A stretch of DNA of 63,050 nucleotides, filler included, from Octopus bimaculoides (GCF_001194135.2; 8 parts of 8 records of this genome joined end to end with filler, not necessarily neighbours in it); one strand, 5' to 3'; positions 1 through 13,630 are shown, counted from the whole stretch's first letter. Notes: generated from the sequence alone by a model not told the origin. Program-made: numbers and translations.

Positions 1-330
1 AATTTAGTAGAAAGTGGGTTATACATCTTTAGATGTATACCTGACTTTCCTACTATAAAATTAAAGAATATAACGGAACGCTGAACTCCAGATTATCAAC
101 TTAAACAACATTTATTCAGGTGGTAAATATATACATCTTTAGTTCTTGTTGTTACAGCTTCTGATTGTGTGAGCATAGTTGTTGGGACGTTGTTATGTAG
201 TTGCAAGCGAGCTGTCAAGTGTAAGTCCGAAAGATGTAGAGAGACAGCTTATCACGTCCATGCTCACGGTCGGCCGACCGTAAAAGAGATAGAATTAAGC
301 GGGAACGCTTGCTTGTTTAATTCCACGCAT
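1..330 (-). mobile_element. Possible 3' LTR / terminal region of the adjacent Gypsy remnant
   Basis: Directly follows the truncated integrase on the minus strand and has an AATAAA. No second LTR copy or PPT could be verified. Confidence 0.3.
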
Positions 331-369
331 GCGTGAGACTACGCATGCGCACGGCGTTACTACACCAAA

Positions 370-1700
370 AAACAGCCTCGACCAGTGAGATGGTACGATG
401 ATGCCTCTCCACAGCCCCATTGCCACTTGGCCAGTATGCTGCCCTGAAAAAACACCTGACATGCCACTTGTCGAGCATTTCCCTCAGCATCTCAAGTGAA
501 ACGCAGTGCCGTTGTCCACAAGCAGCTCATCCACGGGGCCTCGTTCTAGGAATACCTCATTCAGCATTCTTGTGATTTCCTCCCCATTCCCCGTCTTCAT
601 CTCCCCCTATATGGCCAACCACCCCATCAACCATCAAGATGTTTCCAGTTGAGTTCCACTGGAACGCTTCCTTCCTCATGCACACCCTGAGCGGGGTCAG
701 TGGACTGGCACCTGTCGCAGCTCCCAACTACTCTTTGCACACTCTGCCTGGTCACGTCAGAGTCAACTTTCCTGGCTAGGAACAGGGTCCTGTGCACCCC
801 CATATGATGCATGGTATGCAATCTCTTCAGCTCCAAGTCACTCAGTCAACACACAGCAGCCACACCTTGCTCCAGATCCTCTGGCATCTGCAACCAGGCT
901 TTCTTTACTCTGGTCAGGACGTCCGCTTTATTCCTTTCAGAGGGCACAAAAACCACACTCAGCCTCATGTCAAACTCAGCAGCTAACTTACCCAGAATTC
1001 CCAAACAGCATTTTATCAGCATATCTGCACCCCCTTTGGTTCACATCCTCCACTCGCTGGTGACCACTGATCCCACCCACCTATGTACAGTAGCTGAATC
1101 AGTCTGGATCTCGATGGTACACAGCCCCCACCTCAGGGCCAGGTTCAGCCCTTTCAACACAGCATCCAGCTCTGCCACTACTGTAGCAAAGAAGAAACAA
1201 CATCAACAAAGAAGTGGTTCTCTTCAAGATTTTATGAGCAATATCGTAAACTGGGACTCCCTAAGATTAGGCGAATGAACTGGGAGAAGCCCAACACCGA
1301 ATCTCGTCAGCCGCACCAGTTGTCGAGAGCTGTAGCACAAGGGCTGCCCTCGACTCGGACGAGACTACCCGCCGAAATAGCTTGTGATGTAAAGGAAGAA
1401 AAAGACAGAAGTGAAGAGAGAATTACGGTAGTCTTACCTGTCAGTCCAGAAAGAGGGTCACTTTCAACGTGTACATGCTGTCTCAACTTGCAAGGTTCAC
1501 TCCACATCCATGTACGCTATCCGTCACTGTACAGTCTCACACGTCTGCTCTGATGCACTTTCCACCATCAACTGACTCCTTGCGCTTCATTGATGCCGCA
1601 TGCCCACCACGGCACTTCCAGTGGGATTCACTGGCCCCACTTCCGACAGGACATGTCTACTCACTCACTTCCAGTCCTTCCCTACAACACAGCCTGGTTC
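370..1700 (-). mobile_element. Decayed Ty3/Gypsy LTR retrotransposon pol (RT remnant - RNase H - integrase)
   Basis: Minus-strand translation with stops/frameshifts gives RNase H (AELDAVLKGLNLAL..IQTDSATV..VVFVPSERNKADVLTR), the integrase HHCC finger (LHTMHHMGVHRT..CDRCQS) and the integrase core (ELLVDNGTAF..RAAYWPSGNGAVERHHRTI). RH-IN order is Gypsy-type. Confidence 0.88.
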
Positions 1701-1711
1701 ATAACACCACA

Positions 1712-1746
<35 letters not shown>

Positions 1747-2300
1747 GTGCCCTGATGCAGTACCAGGCAGTGGCTCTCATAGCTTCTGATCTTAACTGAT
1801 TGGAAGTGTTATCATGTACCTGTTTTGTCTTGATATAAAAAATGGGTTACAGCAAATATTCTGCTCAATACCACAGATTTGCTTGTCAGTTGCTTGACCT
1901 TAACCAGTTGAGCATGTCCCTTGGTGGCTGAAAATATGTGCACCTCTGATCATAAGCAGAAGTAGTGGGGGAGTATCATAGCAATGTGTTGAGAGAAATT
2001 CTTTGGGGTTTGAATGATTCACATCTGGAAATGTGGGTGTTTTGTTCAACATCCTTAAACAACCCTTATTCAGAGACCCTTTGAGCGGAATGGGTTACTC
2101 GACCTAAAGAAAATTCTAACAGGCTCCACCTGCAAGGTCACATACTGTTTATCTTGATATGAGATCACCATGCTGTGAACATATGGCTGTGAGACATGTG
2201 TCTGGTGTACTCTAATCAGACGGGTAGTCATGATGGGTTTACTGGGCTTTATATATTTTAGCCCAGTTTCACTTTGATGGCATGCACTGTTCTCTCATTC
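1747..2300 (+). mobile_element. ~555-bp non-coding interspersed element flanked by AAT-type repeats (full-length copy 1)
   Basis: Aligns by eye end-to-end with 28742-29295. Partial copies at 18108-18385, 24170-24280 (-) and 58636-58862. Confidence 0.85.
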
Positions 2301-2311
2301 AGTAATAATAT

Positions 2312-2740
2312 CATCATCATCATCATCATCATCATCGTTTAACGTCCGCTTTCCATGCTGGCATGGGTTGGACGATTTGACAGAGGACTGGCGAACCAGA
2401 TGGCTGCACCAGGCTCCAATCTGATCTGGCAGAGTTTCTACAGCTGGATGCCCTTCCTAACGCCAACTACTCCAAGAGTGTAGTGGGTGCTTTTACATGC
2501 TATCAGCTCAATGGCCAGTCAAGCGGTACTAGCAACAGCCATGCTCAAATGGTGGTTTTTACATGCCACCTGCATAGGAGCCAGTCCAGCGGCACTGGCA
2601 ATGACCTCGCTTGAATATTTTTCATGTGCCCCCGGCACAGGTGCCAGTAAGGCAACGCTAGTAATGATCATGCTCAAACGGTGCTTTTTACATGCCACCA
2701 GCATGGAAGCCAGTAAGCTGCTTTGGCCACGATCATGCTT
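2312..2740 (-). mobile_element. SINE-like family F with (GAT)n tail (core GGAAGGGCATCCAGCTGTAGAAAC...GGACGTTAAACGATGATG) plus internal tandem subunits
   Basis: Same core at ~6820-6965 (+), 38347-38640 (-), 39850-40290 (+), 43110-43200 (-), 44060-44230 (+), 47330-47660 (+), 49820-50200 (+) and 52360-52525 (-). Confidence 0.8.
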
Positions 2741-2744
2741 GGAT

Positions 2745-3150
2745 GACCATACCATACCAGCGCAATCGTCTCTCTTGCACACCACAACTGATGCTTCTTA
2801 GGTCCAACTTTTCTCTCAAGGTACTCACACTCTGTTGAGTATGCACACTGACATTATACATCCAGTGGAGCATACTGGCTTCATTCCTTGCAAGCTTAAG
2901 CATGTCCTCAACAGTCACGGCACATGTTTCACTGCCATGTAGCATGGCTGTTCATACACATGCACCATACCTTTTACTCTGAGCAAGAGGCCCTTTGTCA
3001 CCAGCAGAGGTAAGAGCTCTCTGAACTTTGCCCAGGTTATTCTTATTCTAGCAGCTACACTTTCAGTGCACCCACCCCCGCTACTGACTTGGTCACCTAC
3101 GTGACGGAAGCTATCAACTACTTCTAGTTTTTCTCCCTGGAATGTAGCAG
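2745..3150 (-). mobile_element. RTE-clade LINE fragment (RT C-terminal region)
   Basis: Translation includes LEVVDSFRHVGDQVSSGGGC..WAKFRELLPLL and MLHGSETCAVTVEDMLKLARNEASML..QERRLRWYG. Confidence 0.85.
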
Positions 3151-3250
3151 NNNNNNNNNNNNNNNNNNNNNNNNNNNNNNNNNNNNNNNNNNNNTTAATT
3201 AATTAANNNNNNNNNNNNNNNNNNNNNNNNNNNNNNNNNNNNNNNNNNNN

Positions 3251-3328
<78 letters not shown>

Positions 3329-3810
3329 GACACTAGAACTCTATATGGAGTTCTAGTTTTTGTAATTTCAATCCAAAATTTAATTACTGTCGAACAACGC
3401 AGCATTAGATTCAAGTGAAAATCAGGATAAATAATAATAGTAATGATTTCATTTATTAGTCACAAGGGTGTTCGGTGGCTAACATTACAAGCACAAATCA
3501 CAATATTCAGTATTCAGAGAACAGTAAACAAAAAAGAATGGCACACACTGCTCATCAGGATAGAGAGGAAGAAAGACAAAAATGATGGTAATTTCTATAC
3601 ATACTTTAATCTAACCCTCTATCTATTTGTCTATATATCTCTAATTTTAAATAACAATCTCTTTCACTCTCTCCCATGTATCTAGTACTGTCTGTTTATC
3701 TGAGTCATCAAATGCTGGTCCTTCCCTTCTATTGCACCCTCTCCACAACACCTGCTCTCCTATTTTCCACTCAAACTTTCTTAAACACACATACTCATCT
3801 ATATAATTAA

Positions 3811-3901
3811 CTAGCAGAAATACCCGGCGTTGCCCGGGTTAAAGAGAATAATGAAATCTAAAAACGCCGTCTAGACTACGCATCATCTTTATATATAGAG
3901 A
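3811..3901 (-). mobile_element. 91-bp mini-Helitron with both termini
   Basis: Minus strand starts A|TCTCTATATATAAAG. It ends with the hairpin CCCGG-gcaacg-CCGGG (3838-3823) then CTAG|T (3814-3811), i.e. an A|T target. Confidence 0.75.
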
Positions 3902-4004
3902 TGTATATACACACATGTATATATATGTATATCAATATAAATATATGAAAGTCAATGAAGTTTTGTAAAAGAAGGTGATCATGTACATACTTTCTTGCTG
4001 TTGT

Positions 4005-4165
4005 GATTGTAACACCTCATTGTAAACTATGTTCCTTGTTTTCCCTTGTGGAGCATATACAAATAGGTCTTTTGTTGCTGCCCACTCTTGAGCAGCCAAC
4101 ATACAGTTGTCCATGTGAGAAGCAGGGCTCTTCCAAGAGAAGACCAGCTACAGACAGTGTTTGAC
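4005..4165 (-). pseudogene. Helitron RepHel, PIF1-helicase C-terminus (frameshifted)
   Basis: QTLSVAGLLLEEPCFSHGQLYVGCSRVGS, then after a frameshift DLFVYAPQGKTRNIVYNEVLQ. This matches the HGQLYVA.SRV..TxNIVY.EVL end of Helitron helicases. Confidence 0.9.
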
Positions 4166-5041
4166 NNNNNNNNNNNNNNNNNNNNNNNNNNNNNNNNNNN
4201 NNNNNNNNNNNNNNNNNNNNNNNNNNNNNNNNNNNNNNNNNNNNNNNNNNNNNNNNNNNNNNNNNNNNNNNNNNNNNNNNNNNNNNNNNNNNNNNNNNNN
4301 NNNNNNNNNNNNNNNNNNNNNNNNNNNNNNNNNNNNNNNNNNNNNNNNNNNNNNNNNNNNNNNNNNNNNNNNNNNNNNNNNNNNNNNNNNNNNNNNNNNN
4401 NNNNNNNNNNNNNNNNNNNNNNNNNNNNNNNNNNNNNNNNNNNNNNNNNNNNNNNNNNNNNNNNNNNNNNNNNNNNNNNNNNNNNNNNNNNNNNNNNNNN
4501 NNNNNNNNNNNNNNNNNNNNNNNNNNNNNNNNNNNNNNNNNNNNNNNNNNNNNNNNNNNNNNNNNNNNNNNNNNNNNNNNNNNNNNNNNNNNNNNNNNNN
4601 NNNNNNNNNNNNNNNNNNNNNNNNNNNNNNNNNNNNNNNNNNNNNNNNNNNNNNNNNNNNNNNNNNNNNNNNNNNNNNNNNNNNNNNNNNNNNNNNNNNN
4701 NNNNNNNNNNNNNNNNNNNNNNNNNNNNNNNNNNNNNNNNNNNNNNNNNNNNNNNNNNNNNNNNNNNNNNNNNNNNNNNNNNNNNNNNNNNNNNNNNNNN
4801 NNNNNNNNNNNNNNNNNNNNNNNNNNNNNNNNNNNNNNNNNNNNNNNNNNNNNNNNNNNNNNNNNNNNNNNNNNNNNNNNNNNNNNNNNNNNNNNNNNNN
4901 NNNNNNNNNNNNNNNNNNNNNNNNNNNNNNNNNNNNNNNNNNNNNNNNNNNNNNNNNNNNNNNNNNNNNNNNNNNNNNNNNNNNNNNNNNNNNNNNNNNN
5001 NNNNNNNNNNNNNNNNNNNNNNNNNNNNNNNNNNNNNNNNN

Positions 5042-5346
5042 TATCGAAATGTGATTGTTTCAGTTAGTGGAATAGTTTCATTTTTAAAGTGAAAGTATTT
5101 GACATGAGTGTTTTTGTTTCACTTTTGACACGTAATACTTAAATAGTGGAGGAGATATTATGTTGCCGTGTGCTCGAACTCTGCAAGAAGTTAATAATTT
5201 TTTTTTGACTAAAACACAATTGGAACCCTAAGTAAGGCATGTGTAAAATTTGAATGAAATTGGTTGCGTAGTTCTCGAGTTTTAGGGATTCACACAGACA
5301 TACAGACAGACAGACAGACACACATTCTCATTTTTATATATATAGA
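5042..5346 (-). mobile_element. Helitron 5' end
   Basis: Minus strand reads A|TCTATATATATAAAAATGAG-(TGTC)n-..CAACCAATTTCATTCAAATTTTACAC, a typical Helitron 5' TC terminus. Same orientation as the RepHel fragment across the gap. Confidence 0.7.
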
Positions 5347-7534
5347 TAAAACAAGGTAAGTTAATGAGATACTACATCAGGGATGAGTGACCTGGGGCTA
5401 ATTAAAAGCTAAAAGATCAATGGACCAATGTAAGAAATAGCAGCCAAACTTTCCTTAAATCACATGCCCAATGTTTAAAAAAAGCACTCACTGGACAGTG
5501 ATGTCTCAGATATGTAAAAAGACTGATGGTCACTGGTGGAGCATCTCTTATCATAGGTCAGAATTAAACTGAGATAAACAACTAAAACACCCACAAATCA
5601 ATAAACAGAGCCTCTGAGTGGCCATTTGATCTGCTAACAGTAGCAGCAAAGTCTCCCTCAAATCACACATTCTGTTATCTTGACAAAGGAAAGATAGATT
5701 GGAGAATGTAGTCTCTGATATAAAAATAAAAAGGATAGAATGGTTAAGACTGGAATACTTTATATCATTGGTTGTATGATAGGAGCTAAACTGGAGGGGT
5801 TGCACAGCAACAACTAAAAGGAGCCTATATGCTGTAGATCAATCAGTTAGAAATAACAGCAAAATCTCTCTCAAATTACAATCTACTGCCTTCAAAATGG
5901 AAGTATACATTACAGAATGTATGTATAATAAAACTGTTATATTACTCCCAAACACTATCTTAAAGATGGTGTTTTCAGATTTTGTATGTATGTATGTGTA
6001 TACAAACCTGTGATCTAATAGTCATATATGATGGATGCCAACTGGAATGTTATGAACATATTCCTGGACTTTGAAATGTATTGTCATCTTAAGCAAGTTA
6101 CTTCATTCACATTGTTCCAGTTCACTCAGGGTGAAATGAGTACCATCCTAGTGCTAGTGCAGCCCCTCTTTCCCTCTAACAGTCATATCCCACATATTCC
6201 ATTGGGGCAAGAGTGGAATGATTAAAATGAAGTCAATGTCTGGCTCTGACTACATGAACAGTTAAAATAATTAGCAAAAGCAGGGTAAAAATTACCATAT
6301 CATACTTGCTTCAGAAAGAGTAATGGATGTAGTCTTTTTTTAGTTTCATATCATCATCATCACCATTTCAAAGTCTACTTTTTCATGCTTACGTGAATCA
6401 AATGAAGTTTATTGAGGTGGGTTTTCTACAACTGGATGCTCTTCCTTATTGCCAACTGACACCTATTTCCATGCAATGTAATGTTTCCCTACAGCCAGAC
6501 ATGCTTTTGCAAAATATTGGAAATGAATAATACTGCTTATATGACAATGACAGTCATTTACAGCTATCATATGATGTCAAGACAAGGAGACACAAATATA
6601 CACATTCACAGAACAGACTTTTTACAGTTTCCATATTCCAAATCCAGATACAAGGCTTTGATTGTCCTGAGGTTTCAATAAATGGCAGTTTCCCAAGGTG
6701 GAATATATCATGACACTCAGAAGCAAACTTCTTCACTACACAGCCATATCTCCATCTTTTTTTTTTTTTTTTTTTTTGCACAAAGAAATTTGCAGATTTG
6801 AATTTAATAACTCTGCAGGGTGATTGGTGTTAGGAAGGGCATCCAGCCATAAAACCCCGCTAAAACAGACAGTGAAGCTTGGTGCAGTCTTCTGCCCAGC
6901 CAGCTCCTGTCAAACCATCCAACTCTTGCCAGCATGGAAAGTGGTCGTTAAATGATGACGACGAAGATGATAACATGAAAGTATATGAAACATATAGAAT
7001 ACAAAACTGTATTAAAATACAAATCCAAAACCATAGAAAATACAAACATGAGCAAAGAAAAAAAAAAAAAAANNNNNNNNNNAAAAAAAAAAAAAAAAAA
7101 GAGGGAAAGACAAAGAAAGGAAGAAAAAGTGGAAGAAACACTAACTGCTTCAATTGGTTACACACCACAAGGTTCAACGGAACCTACTGAAGCAAGCCAA
7201 CATGCTTGAGGTATTACACGAGGTGATGGGGAGGCTAAGGCGTTGAAACAGCCAAGCACACTCGTGGAAATCACCTGACATTCATGGGAATTACTTGATG
7301 AGCTGCTATTATATATATGTATGTGTGTGTCTGTATAGTAAAGGATATATAAATGCATCTCGAGTGAAGAGACATTTGAAGATAAAATCAAGTGATACAT
7401 TGATATGGTCTCTGTTTTTTCTAGTCACAATCATGTTTCTAAAAGTAGGATGTTTATATAAACATAAGGACATGTGACTTTTCGTCAGCAGAACAGTAAA
7501 AAGAACATTTATATACATCACGTGCACGCACGCA

Positions 7535-7652
<118 letters not shown>

Positions 7653-8472
7653 AAACAAGAAGCTCAGCGTAGATACAAAAAAAAAACCTTATTATGCAGT
7701 GAATGAATAAACTCTATTACATGTATCGAGCACCCTATTTTTCTTTTAAATTCATTTTTGCAAATAAAACATATACATGTGTGAGTGCATGTATGTAATT
7801 GTATATGTATGTACATGTAAGAGAGAGAGAGGGGAGAGAGAGAGGAAGGAGAGAAAGAGAGTAATTGTGCACCTGTGTATATGTGTATATTCCTGTAATC
7901 TTTACGCTGACAAATGAGAAAATTTGACAGATATTAGAAGAATTAGTTCTGTGGTTATAAGAAATGCAATGTTTCTGCTGTGGAATGTTATTTTTAAGTG
8001 ACACCAACTTAGTTTGAATACAAAAGCACCTATGTTCTTTTATCTCAAATCAATATTACCGTCATCTCATGAAACTATTATTATTATTATTATCATCATC
8101 ATCATGAAGCAAATGTAAAGATAGAAAAAAAAAGGGAAATTCCTCTATCTGAAGACTTATCTCCAGATTGGTTTATAATTTACATAGAACTACGGAGCTT
8201 TATGTGAAAGCATCCTGAGTAGAGAGAAGGGATAAAGAAAAAAAATATTTTAAAAAACCATAAACAATACATATACAAATACATACACACATACAGGAAA
8301 TCTCACAAAAATCACTATCTTGTTAGCAGTAAAACTGCCTTAACTTGGCAGAAGGATGAAACACTAAGTAAATCAGGATTTTGACTGAGATTTCGTTGGA
8401 ATAATTTCTATTCACAAAATCTCTCAGCTAAAGTACATGCATACATAAATTGTATGTATGTATGTGTGTATG

Positions 8473-8522
<50 letters not shown>

Positions 8523-8530
8523 TATAAAGA

Positions 8531-8591
<61 letters not shown>

Positions 8592-9340
8592 TGAGAGAGC
8601 AGACTAAGTTTGGACAACTTAATCTTCAAAAGCAACGTTATATTCTGTATCAATGTAATAAATCTTTTAGCAAAAGAACATTATATATATAAATATATAT
8701 GCATGCATACACACACACATACACACAAATTATACACATGTGTATATATGTATAAACATACATATATATACATAAAAATGCTTCTTTGCATATAGCTTTA
8801 GCAGAGTGCTCTATGAAGATGATTAAATAAATCCTGGTTCAGAGTGATAATAACAACATAATAACTATATGTAGGTTGGTCTAACAGATAAACCACTAGA
8901 AAATAAAACAGATATATATATATATAATCTCACACACACAAACATCATGCCTCTGGACATGATATTACATTTCTAGAGGTCACATGTGCAAAAGAAATAA
9001 AAAGAACTGCATGCCATGTCCTGTCATCAGCAGGCATCAGAAAGACTCATAAGAGGAAAACAGATTTAATGCATGCAGCAATATGACAATACTGTATGTA
9101 CAGTAATACTGCAAACCAGGGGTTGGCAAATTTCTTGTGTCATTACCCCACTTCATAAAATACTGATAACTTATTGACCTCCCCATCTCCCACCAAATTT
9201 ATGTAAATTTGTAAAATGAAATTTGAAAAGTATAATTAATTAAAAATTTCTTGATTTCAGAACAATAATCCCTCCATTCTTCCATGTCATGACTGCCTTT
9301 TAACGTGAAATATTTTAAGAAATTAAATGAATATAATTAA

Positions 9341-9556
9341 GCCTTTAACATTCAAACTGGCCATATCTGGTCCATATATTCGACCTGTTTTATGTTGAAA
9401 CCATTCACATCATGCCTATCACACCTTCCCTACAATGTTATTCTAAAAATAGATAATTACATCATCGAAATCTTGAAGATATGAGATAATCATGATTAAT
9501 TCAAAACAATGTAAATAAATAAACATAACATTTACAGTAATCTGGATGCCAACGGG
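9341..9556. mobile_element. piggyBac-type MITE (decayed copy)
   Basis: TTAA at both ends (9337-9340, 9557-9560), degenerate TIRs, and colinear with 46937-47154. Confidence 0.75.
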
Positions 9557-10198
9557 TTAAGAAATTGATGAAGAACAATAAAAATTCATTGATATTATAT
9601 TGATATCGTTGGAATATTTAATGCAAAATATGTGTTTGGTGAACAGTTTAGTGAATTATAGTTGCACTGATAATTACCTGGAAATATCGGTGCAATAAGT
9701 TTTAGCCTTAGATTATTGAGCTCTTCTAGATTCAGTTTGTTAAATAATTTAGCACCCTTGATACTCAAAATCATTTGAGATGCTTATTGACTCTTTAGAC
9801 AGCCAGTGTTCAATATTGACCACTTTGCTGAGCCCTGCTGAAAACTGTTATAAACAGTTGAAATATTTATGTGTTAGTCTAGACAAGATCTTTGAAGAAG
9901 ACTGGCAGCAGTCATGCATACAAGTCTCCTCTTCTCCATGACATCAATGTTTGTTAAAAGGGAAAAGCTGCTGCTACAGCTAAGCATTGCAGACATAACT
10001 GTCAGAATGGAAAGATTCTGAGAGGATGAACAGTAAAGTTGACCTTGGTGAGATCTGAACTCAAACTGCAAAGAGACAGAACAAATAGTGCAGGGCATGG
10101 TATTCAATGCACTAACAAATCTGCAATTAAGGTATTAAAAATAGTAACCGTCACACACACACATTCATGCAGGAAATTAGGTTAAAGGAGGAAAAAAT

Positions 10199-10286
<88 letters not shown>

Positions 10287-11796
10287 TAAGTGTTTGTGTG
10301 TATGCACGCGAATGTGCATCTGTTTGTCTGTCTATGTGATTTCCTGATGAAATGAAAAGCAAAGGTTGTTTTTGTGAAAACAATTTGATGATACCATAAA
10401 CATACCACTGCCACCACAACAACAACACAAACTACTAAGCAAGACGTAAAACCACAGAAGAAAAATAATAAACCCCTCCCTGCCCTAACCCCACTCGTCA
10501 AACGAAGGCGAAGAGTTACATGGCAGCAGCAATATCTTCATCAAACACACATCATCAATAATAATAATAATATACCACGTCAACACAGATTGTGGAACAT
10601 CAAATCACTTCGAGACTCAAATGGAAAGAAATATACAAGAAAATAGATATAAATAAGTGTAAATAAAAAAGACAGAACTAAAAAAAGATATGAATACAAC
10701 AATATATACATATATACACACATGTATATACATGTATGTGTGTATACGCACACATACATATTATATATATGTATAGTTATATATATATATANNNNNNNNN
10801 NNNNNNNNNNNNNNNNNNNNNNNNNNNNNNNNNNNTTAATTAATTAANNNNNNNNNNNNNNNNNNNNNNNNNNNNNNNNNNNNNNNNNNNNTATATATAT
10901 ATATATATATATATATGCTTCTGTGTTTGTGTTTGTCTCCGTACCATCGTTTGACAACTGATGTTGGTGTGTTTACGTCCCTGTAACTTAGCGGCTCGGC
11001 AAAAATCCGGTAGAATAAGTACTAGGCTTACAAGGAATAAGTGCTGGGAGTTGATTTGTTCGACTAAAGGCGGTGCTCCAGCATATTGTAGAAATATAAC
11101 TAATTAATTGCTTATAAATTTTAACAACAAAACCTTATATGGGCCCTGGTTGTAAACTACTTTTCCAGAGCAATGGACACGAACGCTCACTCTCCACGTT
11201 AGTTGCTCTGTACAGTATCCACTGGGCCACCCACATTTTTTGTGTGTGTATTATATGACCCTCATCGCTGTAATAACGATGACAAAATCTGATGAGGTTT
11301 ATTAATCCCACAGGATGTCTTGTTGCTCTCTTTCATTCCTTTGTACAGCTAGGATTTCCTCAATAATCACTTGAAGTCATTGAACGTGTGAGGTAGATTT
11401 TACAATCATCGAAACTAGACAATAATTACACTTTTATAGGTGCTCCATGCTACCATACTAAGCTAATATTATTTTACTGGTTTCTGGGTTCTGCTCAGAT
11501 CGTGATGGGGTTTAGCTGTGCATTATAGTGTTTCGTTTGATAATCATTGAAAAGCATTCAACGATTTCCCATATTTCTCAATATTAATGTACACCAAGTG
11601 AGCATATGAATAGAAATCCCGCTCAATATTTTATCGTAAGTCTTCAGAAAGAAAATAATCGATACACATCAGGCCTTTCACAGTATGAAGAGGACAATAG
11701 GGAAATAGCTCCATAAATGCATGGCGGAAGCCTATCTATACAGGTAACATTCTCTGATATTGGGGAAGCTATTCTTCAGGGATTTCAATATCATTG

Positions 11797-11830
<34 letters not shown>

Positions 11831-12113
11831 ACAGACGATATAATATTATTGCCATGGTTGTTGTTGTTGTTATTATTGTTCTTGTTCTCCTGGTACTTGA
11901 TCTTGTTGCAATTGTTGATTGCTCGTCATCATCAATATCGTCGTCGTCGTCGTTGTCGTCGTCCTCATCCTCCTCCTCTACCTCGTACTCCTCTTGTCAT
12001 AATCACCATCATCATCTTCTCTTCCTTTTTTCTTCCTCAATTCCTCCTCCTTTTCCTTCTCCCCATTTCCTCCTTCCCCTCTTTTTCTTCTTCTTCTTCT
12101 TCTTCTTCTTCTT

Positions 12114-12241
<128 letters not shown>

Positions 12242-12443
12242 NNNNNNNNNNNNNNNNNNNNNNNNNNNNNNNNNNNNNNNNNNNNNNNNNNNNNNNNNNN
12301 NNNNNNNNNNNNNNNNNNNNNNNNNNNNNNNNNNNNNNNNNNNNNNNNNNNNNNNNNNNNNNNNNNNNNNNNNNNNNNNNNNNNNNNNNNNNCCCCCCCC
12401 CACGTACACACATAAATTTCAGGCCTTTTGCCTGTTGTTGAAG

Positions 12444-12950
12444 GATTATTATTATTATTATTATTGTTGTTGTTGTTGTTGTATTAAAACTCACAGCTTA
12501 TTTCGATGGATATGATGGAAAGTGTCAGCTGTCCACAGCCAGCAGACTAAGGTGACACTTGTTTACTGGTCATGCTCCAAGAACTCTGCAAAGAACTCTT
12601 GCAGTTCCAAGCAATGCTGACTTTTGTAGGTGTTCTACCTTCACACTTGCACCAATCTTTCTGAGCCATGTTGGTAGTTGAGTGCTGATACTTCCAAGTG
12701 CACCAATTATTATTGGTATCACGTCTACTCTCTTCATTGACCACAATGTTCGTATTTCTCACTCATAACTTTATTATTTTTTGGGGAACTTTTAGAAAAT
12801 TGTTGCTTATTTTTTCTTCGTTCACAATGATCCTGTTTTGACTGGGGCATGCTATGTCGATTATCATACAAGTTCTTTCTTTTTTATTCACCATAACAAT
12901 GTCCGGTTTACGATGTCTGGTTGGATGATCACACTGGATCATTGCATCCC
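12444..12950 (-). mobile_element. R4/Dong-clade non-LTR retrotransposon 3' end (restriction-like endonuclease domain)
   Basis: MWDAMIQCDHPTRHRKPDIVMVNKKERTCMIIDIACP (PD..D motif), then LWSMKRVDVIPIIIGALGS..EHLQKSALLGTARVL*, a 3' UTR and a (CAA)n(TAA)n tail. Confidence 0.88.
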
Positions 12951-13023
12951 ACATTGGGGTCGATGTAATCGATTATCCCCCTCCCCCACATTTCAGTCCT
13001 TGTGCCTACAGCAGACAAGATTA

Positions 13024-13380
13024 TTACCTCTGCCTTAGCGAAGTCGGAGGTATTGTTTTCAGTCGTGTTTGTTTGTTTGTTTGTCCGTGGACAAGAAATC
13101 TCAAGAACCGCTGGATGGATTCGGATGAAACTTCCAGAGATGTTTGGTTTGTGACTGGCATGAACTGATTAGATTTTGGGATCGATTCGGTACTGGAGAA
13201 GGATTCTGGATTATTTTCCGTTTTTTTTTTTACTTAATTTTTGAGAGCGGCCGGGTTCATTTTTAGTATTCTCGTTTGTGAGAGCAGTCGAGTTTATTTC
13301 AAATATTCTCATTTTAAAAATCATCTCTTACTAATCGTTGAGAGGGCGTTGGTGTTGCCTTAGCGGAGTGCTCTTGTTAT
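13024..13380 (+). mobile_element. Non-autonomous Helentron/HINE-like element
   Basis: TTACCTCTGCC...CGGAGG 5' hairpin, (GTTT)n tract, GGATGGATTCGGATGAAAC block and a GCGGAGTG..CTTGTT end in a TT context. Identified by structural resemblance only. Confidence 0.55.
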
Positions 13381-13505
13381 TATTAAGGCGTCGAGCTGCC
13401 AGAATCATTACCACGCCGGGCAAAATGCTTAGCGATATTTCAAACCAAGAAACAGACACAGCAAAAAAGAAGAAAAAAGAAAAAAAACGCCATGTTAACA
13501 AGAAA

Positions 13506-13630
13506 TTGCAACTTAATCTTCATGGTCAGATTATAAGGAATAAAAGATGAAGTAGAATGCAGTAGAATGTTCTACTTTATCCTGTTTGCTTATTCTTCTT
13601 CGTAATCTGACCATGAAGATAGCATTGCAA
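13506..13630. repeat. Imperfect palindrome / hairpin
   Basis: Perfect 18-bp inverted repeat ATCTTCATGGTCAGATTA (13516-13533 / 13603-13620), with outer TTGCAA and inner AAGTAGAA/TTCTACTT pairing. Confidence 0.85.

Noticed and set aside
3195-3206. TTAATTAATTAA islands inside N runs (also ~10836, 15926, 23362, 38291, 53979, 56925)
   Set aside because: An identical 12-mer with stops in all six frames, always surrounded by Ns, is a contig-joining linker, not biology or a CRISPR repeat.
9118-9260. CAGGGGTTGGCAAA hAT-like end (a similar end at ~23251)
   Set aside because: No matching second TIR or 8-bp TSD found.
9874-10107. 77-aa ORF considered as PDK exon 2
   Set aside because: No similarity to the expected PDK exon 2 residues in any frame I read.
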